Below are positions 10,162 through 19,712 of a DNA stretch of 64,000 bases, piece after piece. A model generated the notes under the pieces. It saw only the letters and a list, made by a program, of their open reading frames with translations, did no database searches and had not been told where the DNA came from. Origin of the DNA: an uncultured Planctomycetota bacterium (GTDB taxonomy: Bacteria > Planctomycetota > Planctomycetia > Isosphaerales > Isosphaeraceae). The translations under genes were made by a program, and so were the position numbers. The stretch is from contig CAWGMQ010000004.1 in assembly GCA_963823665.1 (NCBI GenBank), positions 1,472,001-1,536,000 on the forward strand, written 5' to 3'. How positions within the stretch are numbered: the first letter of the stretch is position 1; the number at the start of each line of letters is the position of its first letter.

Positions 10162-13060
10162 TCACAATGGCACTTCGAGGCGCGCGAGCTTCGGCGACGA
10201 GGCGACGAGCTTGCCGTCGACGTATAGATCGAGACCCTTACGGACGTCGCCAAAACGATCCGGGGAGCCGGGCAGGGGGGCATCCCACACGATCGTGACG
10301 TCGTGTCCCCGGTATCGCTGGCCGTCCAGGATGAAATAGCTCAGCCGATCCTCCGGCAGGAGCGGGTCAAGCTCGATCACTTGATCGTCACGCGGCACCA
10401 GACCGAGCAGGTCGGGGATCAAAATGTCGAGCCAGGTCGAATGATTGTAGTCGCGCTCGGCTGTCTTCCATTCGCCGGTATCGCCATTGTAGAACTCGCC
10501 CGTCCAGGGATAGAGAAGATCCTGATTGCGGAACTGGGCCTTCGTGAACGATGAGAATAGTTCCCAAAGGTGCTCGGGGCGAAGCGGCGAGCTCGAGACC
10601 TTGTGGTCCCTGGTCGCGCGCAGGGTTCGGGCCATCGCCGTCATCACCAGAGAGTTGGCGTGCGGCCAGGTGGGGCCGTTCCACATACAACCCGCAGCCC
10701 GGCCGTCGCCCGGCCAGTTCTTCTGAGAATAAGCCGGGCAATCCCTCGAAGCCGACGCCACCGGCCACTTCGTCCAGAACTGCTGCGGGTCGATGATCGA
10801 CGACCACGCCCTCTCGTAGCCTTTACCCCAGGGCACCATCCCGAAATAGAACGGATAAACACCGATCACTTCCTTGACCTGGGCGACGGCCTTGTCGCTC
10901 GCCCGCAGCGAGTAGAAGAATTGCTGTTCCGGGCGCCACATCTTTGCCAGGACGGCCGTCCTGATCCTGGCGGCGAGCCGGTCGAATTCCTCGGCCTTCG
11001 CGGGCTGGCCCAGCTTGCGGTAGATTTGCGCGACAGCGACCGCGTTCCCGTAGTTGTAAGCCGTCAGATCGACTCGCTCGAGGCTCACCTGAGCGGCCGG
11101 CTGGCCGAAATCCCTCGAAACCTTAAAATCCGAGAAAAAAAAGAAGGACGGCTGGTACTCCATTCCCGTCCACCAGTGCGAATCGACCAGGAGCAGGCCG
11201 TCCCCGTCGGGGTCGTACTCCTTCTGCCAGCCCCGCACGTTGGCCGCCAGCTTGTCCACAACTGCGGCGAGAAAATGCGGGTCAGGATGAACGAGCTGGC
11301 CCTCCCAGGCGGTCGATGTGATCCAGTCGGTGTACTGGCCGCCGGCGGGACCGCTGGGCAGGACATGGCTGGGATAGACGCCGTCCGATTTCTCATTTTC
11401 AGCCCAGGTTCGCAAATGGCCCTGCCAGCAGGCAGGGTCGCGGAGCCAGCGGGCCTCTCGCACCTGGTGGGCTGCGCCGTAGCTGATGACGTTCGGATAC
11501 CACGTGCTCCGCCACCGGCCTTCACTCTGCGTCGGCCACTGCATCCTCCCGAGCTTGGGCTCGAGCATGTTCTTATGGAGCACATAGGCACGGTGGTAAT
11601 ACATCTTTCTGATGAACGGATCGGAGCAATCGAAGTAAGCCAGGTTCGAGTCGAACCAGGATTGATAATCTCTGATCTGAGTGGCGGGCAAGTCGCGCGA
11701 ATCCTGGTCTTCGGCTTTGATTAACAGGGTACGATCGGTGGCCGGCTTGAGCACGGAATCGATCCGCGCAGGTTCATTGTCGGGCCGGATTTCGAATGCT
11801 GCCTTGAAGACCTTGGTCTTGCCCGGCTGGATGTGATGGCCGAAAAGCCGATAGAGCGACGACCCCAGCGCGAGCATCGGCTTGGCGAAACCAGCGAATG
11901 CGGCGGTTCTCCCCTGGCTGGCTCCGGCAACCTTGAGCGGGCGAGGCGGGTCGTCGAGAACCGCGTAGCGGAATCGGAGCGCGAGCGGCCGGCCGAGCAG
12001 TGGTTTTTGGCCTTCAAGCGACAGCGACCTCGGCTCTCGGCCTGTGACCTCGCCGTCTTCACGCATGATGAGACCCGAGGCCGTCTTGACGTCCCAGTAT
12101 TCCAGCGGCGTGCCCAGGTCGACCATGGGATCAACGTAGATCGTCTGGACCTCGGCCGTCGGGTTATGCACTCGCACGATCGAAACCAGGATGTCGGACT
12201 TGGTAATGAACTTGTCGCCCGAGATCGCGAGGGGGCAGGTCTGCGGCGGAATCGGCTCGCTCGGGTCCCGGAGCGGCCGCACGCCGTAGAGACCGGTATA
12301 AAAACGGTCGCCCGCGTGGCGGAACTGGAAGCGAAACCCGCTGGCGACCACTGGTTCGAATCTTACTCGGTTGTCGCCCGGGCCCGGGCCGCTCGGGAAC
12401 GGCCTGGCTGGATGTGATCGTGTTCCACGCGGCGGTCGTTTGATCGAAGGTTTGCACCTCAAAAGACGCGGGCGGGCGGCATTCGCCCGAGGGCGAATCA
12501 TCGAAGAAGAACAGGTCGAAACCGCTGATCTTCCGTGGTACGCCGAAGTCGACTTCGAACCAGTCGCTTCGTTTGCCGCTTGACCAGCACGTCCAGCGCT
12601 TCTCGGGAACGAACGGAGCCGAGAGCGGATTCTCGACACGATCGAGCGCGAACGTGAACGAGGCGGCGGCCGCCATCTCCTGCCGGACGACGCCCTCGTA
12701 ATGAATGTGGCTGGGAAAGTAGGTGGCCTTCTCTGGCCGCAGCAAGCCGTGTTCGTCACGCAGCTCGAGGTCGAAGGCGCGCAAATTCGTCAAGTAGAGC
12801 CACTGGACGTCATCGCGGAAGGCCCATCCCTGCGGGCTCGAGGCCCAGAGGCGATCGCCCGTGCAGCCCAGGGGGACTTCGCGATCGAATGGGCGCGACA
12901 GGATCTCGTCGATCGCGAAGGCGCTTGTCGCGAAGACTCGGCCGGGGCGACGAAGCTCGGTCGCTTGTGCGCGGATCGGGCCGGGCAAGCTGAGACAAAC
13001 GACTGATGCCCAGAGGAGGATGGATGGCCCGCTCAACGTCAACGACTGAAGGCGCACCAT
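10162..13060 (-). CDS. Secreted glycoside hydrolase, (alpha/alpha)6 GH63/MGH1-like, with a discoidin-like domain; one frameshift at ~12385
   Basis: Signal peptide. Discoidin-like DWFEVDFGVPRKISG. Catalytic-like segments TGMEY, CMWNGPTWPHANS, GEFYNGDTG, YNHST. The two ORF-track frames join at ...ERPGPG/GDNRVRF. Confidence 0.75.
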
Positions 13061-13207
13061 GACCGCCTCTCCTGTCGTGGGAGTCTTTTCTTCGGGTGAC
13101 CTGGAGTCATTCCTCCGAATCGCTCGGGTCCCGCCATCGATGTCGAGGAGAACGAGGGATGAGTCGGAATGGGAAGGCTTAACGAGCTGCGGGGGGATCA
13201 GATCGCG

Positions 13208-13296
13208 TTATTTCTTGCGATGTCGAATCCTGCTGCGCATCCGGCGCTCTTGCGCCCCACTTTACGACGTCCTTTGCCTCGTCGACGACTGGCCAT
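13208..13296 (-). CDS. Unannotated very small Arg/Lys-rich protein (~29 aa, MASRRRGKGRRKVGRK[K]RRMRSRIRHRKK), apparently missing 1 nt at ~13249
   Basis: RBS AGAGGAG precedes ATG 13296. The basic N-half and basic C-half (ending TAA at 13208) lie one base out of frame. Upstream promoter-like TTGAGC-N18-TAGAAT. Confidence 0.65.
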
Positions 13297-13380
13297 GCTT
13301 TCTCCTCTGGCGGCACCGAGATGCCCTGAATCCGCGCGGAACGAAACCGAGAACACGATCGTTCTTGAACGAAAGTGCAG

Positions 13381-13410
13381 ATTCTATCCGGAAATCGGCT
13401 TGGGGCTCAA
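13381..13410 (-). promoter_or_regulatory. Candidate sigma70 promoter of the small basic protein gene
   Basis: Minus strand TTGAGC-N18-TAGAAT, the same architecture as the candidate glyA promoter. Confidence 0.45.
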
Positions 13411-13478
13411 GGTCTAGGTGAGCGCTCAACACCAATGAGGCCGAATTGCGCGAATCGCACGAACGATCAAATCGCCGC

Positions 13479-14399
13479 TCAGATCTTCCGCGCAGACCAA
13501 TCAATTGCGGAAATCCTGGCGAGCGCGAGTAAGAGGGCGTGCGTCCCTTTTCGGGCATATCCTTGTGCTTCGACGGCGCGGTAAAGCTGCTCGGCAAGGG
13601 CTAACCCGGGCAAGCAGAGCTTCATCCGCCGCGCTTCGGCCAGCGCGATCCCCATGTCTTTCAGAAAATGCTCGACGAAAAATCCCGGCTCGAAATTGCC
13701 CGCGATCGCGCGGGGGGCGAGATTGCTCAGGCTCCAGGATCCCGCGGCCCCCGTGGAAACACTCTGGAGCACGACGTTCAGGTCGAGCCCGGCCTTGTAC
13801 GCGTAGAGCAATGCCTCGCAGACACCGATCATGTTCGTGGCGATCAGAATCTGGTTCACCATCTTGGTGTGCTGACCGGAACCGGCAGGGCCCTGGTAAA
13901 TGATGGTCTTGCCCATCTTGTCGAAGAGCGGCGTGAGGGCGTCAAAGACGGGCTTCTCGCCCCCAACCATGATCGAAAGCCGGGCCTCGCGCGCGCCGAC
14001 GTCGCCACCGGAGACCGGCGCATCGACCGAATGCACGCTCTTTGCCTTGGCGGCTTGATCGATCTCGACTGCCAGCGCCGGCTCGCTCGTTGTCATATCG
14101 ACCAGCACCGCGCCGGCTCGCGCGCCGGCAAGGACGCCGTTCTCCCCGAGCACGACCTCACGCACGTCTTTGGGATAACCTACGATCATGAAAACGACGT
14201 CGGACGCCTGTGCGACCGCTCGAGGCGAATCCAGCAGCTTGGCCCCTTTTTCGACTAGCGCCTTGGTCTTCTCCGCCGACCGGTTGTAAACCGACGCCTT
14301 GTAACCAGCCGCCACCAGATGGCCGCACATCGACGAGCCCATCACTCCGGTGCCAATCCAGCCGATCCGCGTTTTCTCAGGGGTGAATTCCAGTGTCAT
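13479..14399 (-). CDS. NAD(P)-dependent beta-hydroxyacid dehydrogenase (3-hydroxyisobutyrate / tartronate semialdehyde reductase family)
   Basis: [46 protein letters not shown]. Confidence 0.92.
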   Translation of the reverse strand: MTLEFTPEKTRIGWIGTGVMGSSMCGHLVAAGYKASVYNRSAEKTKALVEKGAKLLDSPRAVAQASDVVFMIVGYPKDVREVVLGENGVLAGARAGAVLVDMTTSEPALAVEIDQAAKAKSVHSVDAPVSGGDVGAREARLSIMVGGEKPVFDALTPLFDKMGKTIIYQGPAGSGQHTKMVNQILIATNMIGVCEALLYAYKAGLDLNVVLQSVSTGAAGSWSLSNLAPRAIAGNFEPGFFVEHFLKDMGIALAEARRMKLCLPGLALAEQLYRAVEAQGYARKGTHALLLALARISAIDWSARKI

Positions 14400-14644
14400 C
14401 GCAGGCTCCGGGAATCAATTGATCGATGCCAAGCTGGATGGTACTAAGCCGGCGAACAACCCGCAACGGACCGCCGGGATGAGAGGCGCGGGCCGAAACG
14501 AATTGTCTCAAACATTGTGCAGAATTGCCGCGGCGTAAGCCGATTATCCGCAAAGGGCGATTGTGCCGGTTGCATGACCTGGTTCGGTTGCGCGCGCCTT
14601 CGGCGCATCGAGTGTCCAGGCGAAACCTCCCTCAGGTGGTTCTG

Positions 14645-16507
14645 ATGACGCGTATCCCGCTCTACATGCTTGCAACATATCTGGTCATTGCGACCAGCAA
14701 GCCTGCCATCGGTGACGAGCCTCAGGGTGTTGATCGAGTAAATCAAGCGAGTGGTGAACCGCCGGCCGCGTCAATTTTCCAGGGGATCAGCCGCAGTGGA
14801 GTCGCGCAGCAGGTGCCGCCCGGATCAAGGGTCGGAACAGGAACCGGAACGAATCAATCCAGCAAGATCGGATCTCCGCCGGCATCGTCGAGCGGTTCGG
14901 GTACGACCGAGAAGAAGCCTGCCACTCGAACAACTCAGCGGCGAGTTTCGATCCCACCGCCGAGCACCGAGTGGCGAGCAACCGGGAATGGTCGCGAAAC
15001 ACGAAGCGCTGATACCAAGATTCGTCGAGCTCAGACAGGGCCCGGCAGCTTGGACCCGATGGCCAATCCACTCGTCGGCGGCAGTACCTCTTCGACCCAG
15101 CCGCGCACCAGGCTGCTCGCGGACAGCCTGGTCGGCGGACAGCCGATTGCCATGCAGGCCGCGCTCTACGGAGCGGTCACGAGCAACCCCGATCTGGTGA
15201 CTCTGCGCGAAGGAAATGCACTCGCCGCGTCGGCAGAAGCGGTCGAGGTGGCCAGGCATTTTCCGACCACGCTCAACCCGACCGTATGGCTCGACTATCG
15301 CCCGATCACTCTGGTTCCCAACGGAACCTTCGGGACGGGTCAAACACACGGCACCGCGTCAGGAAATAACTATTATCACTATGGCCAGAACTACTTTTAC
15401 GCCTCGTTGCGGCAACCGGTGGAACTGGGGCATCAGACTACCCATCGTTACCACATCGCTCAGGCCGCTTACGAGCAACAGAAATGGCTTGTCGTTCAAG
15501 CCGAGCTGACCACGCTCGTCCAGACCTATCGCTTTTTCCAGACGGCCGCCTATCGCCGAGAGAAATACCGCCTGGCTCAGGATCTGGCCGACTTCAACGA
15601 TCGCTTGCAGGAAACGCTCGAGCGACGAATGGAGGCCAACCAGGTTCAGGTGGCCGACGTCGCGCTCGGACGGGTAGAAAGCCGGGCCACGCGACTACAG
15701 GTCAAGGCAGCAAAACAGGATTACTTCATCGCGCTGACCGACCTGCGCAACCAGATTGGCATACCCGAGCAGGCCGGGGCGTTCGAGCCGCTGGGTGAGT
15801 TCACTGTCCCTCCGTATATTCCGCCGGTCGACGAACAGGTGATGGTGGAGGAAGCAATCCGGCAACGCCCGGACATTCAGGCAGCCCGCGCCCAGGTTTC
15901 CGGCACTCATTCCGCCGTCAGCCTGGCCAAGGGAGATCGAATCCCTACCCCGATCATCGGCCCGGAATACGAGATGGACGAGGCCGGCGTGCAGTACATC
16001 GGGTTTGTTCTGATCTCTCCGATGCCGATCTGGAACAGCGGCAAGCCCCTGGTGCTTCAGCGGGAGGCCGAACATCGGCGGGCGGTCGTGGCCTACAAAG
16101 AAGCCCAGCAACGTGCCGCCGCGCAAGTGCGCGCCGCTGTCGCCAAGTGGAACGGTGCAACCGAGCTCGTCAACGATTCAGCCGGCCTCACCAACGATCT
16201 GAGCGTGGAAGTGAAAAAAATGGAGCAGCTCTTCGAGCGAAACCAAGCTGACCTGACCAAGCTGATGCAGGCGAGGCAGCGATTGATTCAACTGGAGAAC
16301 TCTCGTCTGGATGCCGTCTGGCAGGCCACTCAAGCTCAGGCCGACCTGTTGCTGGCTCTGGGAATACCATCCATGATCAACGACATGATCAACCGCACTG
16401 AACGTGACGCAGCACCCGGTCCGTCTCGACCAGCGGCGGCTGAGCCCGGCCCAGGTGTAATAGGCGACCCGTCCGCACCTCGCAGGCCTGGAGCCATGCA
16501 GCCCTGA
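14645..16507 (+). CDS. TolC-family outer-membrane efflux protein with a long low-complexity N-terminus
   Basis: AVTSNPDL, LRQPVELG, AIRQRPDIQAAR, SPMPIWNSG and coiled-coil OEP repeats. Start uncertain. Confidence 0.82.
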   Translation: MTRIPLYMLATYLVIATSKPAIGDEPQGVDRVNQASGEPPAASIFQGISRSGVAQQVPPGSRVGTGTGTNQSSKIGSPPASSSGSGTTEKKPATRTTQRRVSIPPPSTEWRATGNGRETRSADTKIRRAQTGPGSLDPMANPLVGGSTSSTQPRTRLLADSLVGGQPIAMQAALYGAVTSNPDLVTLREGNALAASAEAVEVARHFPTTLNPTVWLDYRPITLVPNGTFGTGQTHGTASGNNYYHYGQNYFYASLRQPVELGHQTTHRYHIAQAAYEQQKWLVVQAELTTLVQTYRFFQTAAYRREKYRLAQDLADFNDRLQETLERRMEANQVQVADVALGRVESRATRLQVKAAKQDYFIALTDLRNQIGIPEQAGAFEPLGEFTVPPYIPPVDEQVMVEEAIRQRPDIQAARAQVSGTHSAVSLAKGDRIPTPIIGPEYEMDEAGVQYIGFVLISPMPIWNSGKPLVLQREAEHRRAVVAYKEAQQRAAAQVRAAVAKWNGATELVNDSAGLTNDLSVEVKKMEQLFERNQADLTKLMQARQRLIQLENSRLDAVWQATQAQADLLLALGIPSMINDMINRTERDAAPGPSRPAAAEPGPGVIGDPSAPRRPGAMQP

Positions 16508-16526
16508 CGCAGCAAGACGGTCATCA

Positions 16527-17309
16527 TCACTCGTCAGGTCGCATCCCATGCACTTTACTCGGTTCGTGCAAATAGCGCACGACGTGCACATCTTCCACCA
16601 CGATCAGCCCACCGCCGAGCATCTCGTCAAGGACCGGCAACAGGCGCTCGATCTCCTCCGGCTTGTCGACGATTTCGATCTTTTCCGGGAGGTCGTCGGA
16701 AAGGCCCAGCAAATGGGCCTTGTGGATGACGGAGTGCTTGCCGAAGCCCATGACGCCGCGCGTGACTGTGGCCCCCGCCATGCCCAGCTTGCGGCATTGT
16801 TCGACGATCGCGATGGCCAGATTACGACTGCCCCAAGTGTCGGCGCTGCCGACATAGACCGTTACACGCCTCCCCTCGCCTTCGATCTTCATGTGAATCG
16901 TGCCCTCCGCTTCGGCGACTCGCCTCGTGCGCGACAGTGGGTCCGTCGTGGTTTCGATCAGTTCCTCTTGCTCGCGCTCGGACCCGTGGGTATAGCGATG
17001 CACGCGGGCCGGGCTGATGACGACGAGGCCCTCGGCGACCATAGTCTCCAGTTCCGCGACCAGCGCCGTGACTCGCTCGGCCGCATCGACGACCTCGACC
17101 ACGATGGGGATGTCGAAGGACGCATACTCGCTCGCGATATCGTGGAGCTGCCGGTGCGAGCCGTAGCCGAGCTCGACGGGGAATACGGAGGCGCCGGCCA
17201 GGTGGCGGCGGCGTGCCGCCTCGACGATCGCGCGATAGAGCGGCGCCCCGTGCCACTTTTCGATGGCCTTGCAGTAGACGCGGAGGAGTCTCGCTTCCTG
17301 AGGGATCAT
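16527..17309 (-). CDS. Tandem double-domain DUF190 (PII-like) protein
   Basis: Two homologous units: LAGASVFPVELGYG...DIPIVVEVVD...GLVVI and MAGATVTRGVMGFG...LSDDLPEKIEIVD...GGLIVVEDV. Confidence 0.88.
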   Translation of the reverse strand: MIPQEARLLRVYCKAIEKWHGAPLYRAIVEAARRRHLAGASVFPVELGYGSHRQLHDIASEYASFDIPIVVEVVDAAERVTALVAELETMVAEGLVVISPARVHRYTHGSEREQEELIETTTDPLSRTRRVAEAEGTIHMKIEGEGRRVTVYVGSADTWGSRNLAIAIVEQCRKLGMAGATVTRGVMGFGKHSVIHKAHLLGLSDDLPEKIEIVDKPEEIERLLPVLDEMLGGGLIVVEDVHVVRYLHEPSKVHGMRPDE

Positions 17310-17554
17310 CGCTGGCTCCCGTCGTTCGCACCGCGCTGGCCAAGAGCCCTGCCGGCTGCCTCAACGTTCGCGGCGATCGTTTGGCCCTCGTCGGTTCGAG
17401 CAGGGTCCGATTGCTCCGCCACAATCGGCTCGACCCTCTGAGAGCCGGCAATGCCTGCTTCGATCGCGGGCTTCGCCAGCCCCCGGGCCTGGGCGGTCCC
17501 CAACACGACCACCCCGAATCCGGCTGCCACGCTCCCGATCAGGCTCGCCGCCAT
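17306..17554 (-). pseudogene. Probable 3' remnant of a FluC/CrcB fluoride channel gene (last TM helix plus tail)
   Basis: LIGSVAAGFGVVVLGTAQARGL resembles FluC TM4. The stop overlaps the DUF190 ATG, the usual fluC-DUF190 arrangement. No GxxGxxTTFS motif upstream. Confidence 0.45.
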
Positions 17555-17556
17555 CG

Positions 17557-19009
17557 TCAGCCGCTGTGGCGGCGGTTATGGCGAATCCCATCGCCATCGT
17601 TGAGTCTATCTTGCCCGGGTCGACTGTCAACTGTCGCGATCGGAAACTCGACGCTGACTGTGCAGCCGTTGCCGGCGTTGTTCCTTACCGTGATATGCCC
17701 CCCGTGAGCCTCGGTGATCGAGCGGCAGATGGCCAGTCCAAGGCCCGTTCCATCGACTGCCTGGCTGCGTGACGGATCGGCGCGGTAGAAACGATCAAAC
17801 ACGCGAGGTAGGTCAGCGTCTGGAATCCCGGCCCCCGAATCCGACACGATAACATTTATACTTCCGTTTGATAAATCACTGGATACCTTGATCAGTCCAC
17901 CGGCCGGGGTGAATTTGATGGCGTTGTCGATGACGTTGAAGAATAGCTGGCGCAGGCGGTCGGCCTCGCCGTAAACCAAGCATGGACGGAAGTTCGGCGC
18001 CTCGAGCTGCAATCCCTTCTCTTTGGCCACCACGTGCATGTGGTTCGTCGCGTCGAGAACGATCTCGTCCAGGCGAACCAACAAGCGTGGCCCTGGCGGC
18101 AGCCCGGCGTCCTCACGGCAGAGGAAGAGCAGTTGGGTGACGAGGCGAGTCAGCCTTTCGATTTCTTCCAGCATGCTCTCCAGAACTCGCTCGTCGTTTT
18201 CGGGTGAGCGAGGGGCGCGCAGGGCGACCTCCGCATCGGTGCGCATGGACGCCAGAGGTGTTCGCAGCTCGTGGGCCGCGTCGGCGGTGAACCGCCGGAT
18301 TTCGTCGAAGGAGCGCTGCAGACGTGCGATCATGTCGTTGAACGTGTTCGCCAGCCGCCCCAGTTCATCACTCGAATTCGGGGCGGTCAGCCGCCGATCC
18401 AGCCGCGTTAGAGTAATCTCCTTCGCGGTGGCGACCATTCGATCCACCGGGGCGAGAGCCTTGCGAGCCAGCAGGTATCCGCCTCCGAGCGCACCCGCCA
18501 CGACCGGTGGGACTGTCAAGAGCAGCACGACCAGAGAGCTCCCTCAGTGCACGCTCGTTGGGCGCCAGCGACACGACCGCCTGGACGATGAGCGGTTCTG
18601 CAGGGCCCGAGATATGCCTCTGCGCCGAGCGCACCGGCCCGAGGCCGTCCAGCATGAGGCTGGTGTGGGCCGGCGATGCTGGCACCTCTCCTGCCGGGAT
18701 CGGCAGCCCACGCGGACCGAGACCGTCGCTACGGAACAGGACCGCGCCGTTCTGGCTGCTTACCTGGAACTCGTAGCCGTCAACGCTGGCATAACGCGGG
18801 CCGAGCTCTCGAGCAATGTCGTCCGGTCTCCCGCAGCGGAGGACATCGCCGGAGATGTCAGCCAGCTCCTCGGCCAGTGCAACGTCCGTCAAGGCGAGCA
18901 GGTCATGTCGCATCAACCAATAGACGGCGCCGCTGAAGCCGACAAGGATCGCCGACAGGACGAAGCCGTACCAGAGAGTAAGCGACCACCTGATGCTCAG
19001 TCGCTTCAT
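17557..19009 (-). CDS. Heavy-metal-type sensor histidine kinase (HAMP-HisKA-HATPase); frameshift at ~18535
   Basis: TM1 in frame 19009. TM2, HAMP, ADAAHELRTPL, NVIDNAIKFT, DSGAGIP, FDRFYRAD and GTGLGLAI in frame 18528. Confidence 0.88.
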
Positions 19010-19707
19010 GATCCCTCTTTCAGAGCGTATCCGATGCCGCGCAGGGTGTGGATCAATTGCCGGCAGCCCGGATGCTCCACTTTCTTTCGCAGCGCGCTCA
19101 TGTATACGTCGATGATCCGCGTCATGGCCCCGGTCGTCTCTTTCCAGACCTCTCGGGCGATCATGTCGCGGGTGACGGCTTCATTCTTGTTCCTGAGGAG
19201 GTATTCGAGCAACTCATATTCCCTGCCGGTCAGTTCGATAGCCGCTCCGCGCCGAGTGACGCGCCGCGCTAGCAGGTCCATCTGCAAATCGTCCGCGCGC
19301 AGGAACAGCTCGCGCTCGGTGAAGTCGCGGCGCAGCAGGGCCCGGAGCCGCGCCAGCAGTTCGGCGAACGCAAACGGCTTGACGAGATAATCGTTCGCCC
19401 CGCTATCCAGGCCTTGAACTCGTTCTTCGACCGAATCGAGGGCCGTCAGGATCAGGATTGGTTTGGCGAAGCCGCTGGCACGGAGATCTCGCAGCACGTC
19501 CAGGCCGTGCCGGCCCGGAAGCATCAGGTCGAGCACCATGGCGTCGATCGTGCCGGCCATGGCTGCGTGGAGCCCCGCCGTCCCGGTCGACGCCGCGACG
19601 ACTTCGTACCCTTCGGCCTCGAGGCCGCGTTGAAGGCTCTCGAGGTGCTTCTGTTGATCTTCGACCACGAGCACGCAAGCCACGGTTGGCCTCTTTGCTG
19701 CACGCAT
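19006..19707 (-). CDS. OmpR/CusR-family response regulator
   Basis: VLVVED, LDLMLPG, GANDYLVKPF, LTGREYELL, IHTLRGIGY. Start is ATG 19707 or GTG 19683. Confidence 0.92.
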   Translation of the reverse strand: MRAAKRPTVACVLVVEDQQKHLESLQRGLEAEGYEVVAASTGTAGLHAAMAGTIDAMVLDLMLPGRHGLDVLRDLRASGFAKPILILTALDSVEERVQGLDSGANDYLVKPFAFAELLARLRALLRRDFTERELFLRADDLQMDLLARRVTRRGAAIELTGREYELLEYLLRNKNEAVTRDMIAREVWKETTGAMTRIIDVYMSALRKKVEHPGCRQLIHTLRGIGYALKEGS

Positions 19708-19712
19708 GGTGC

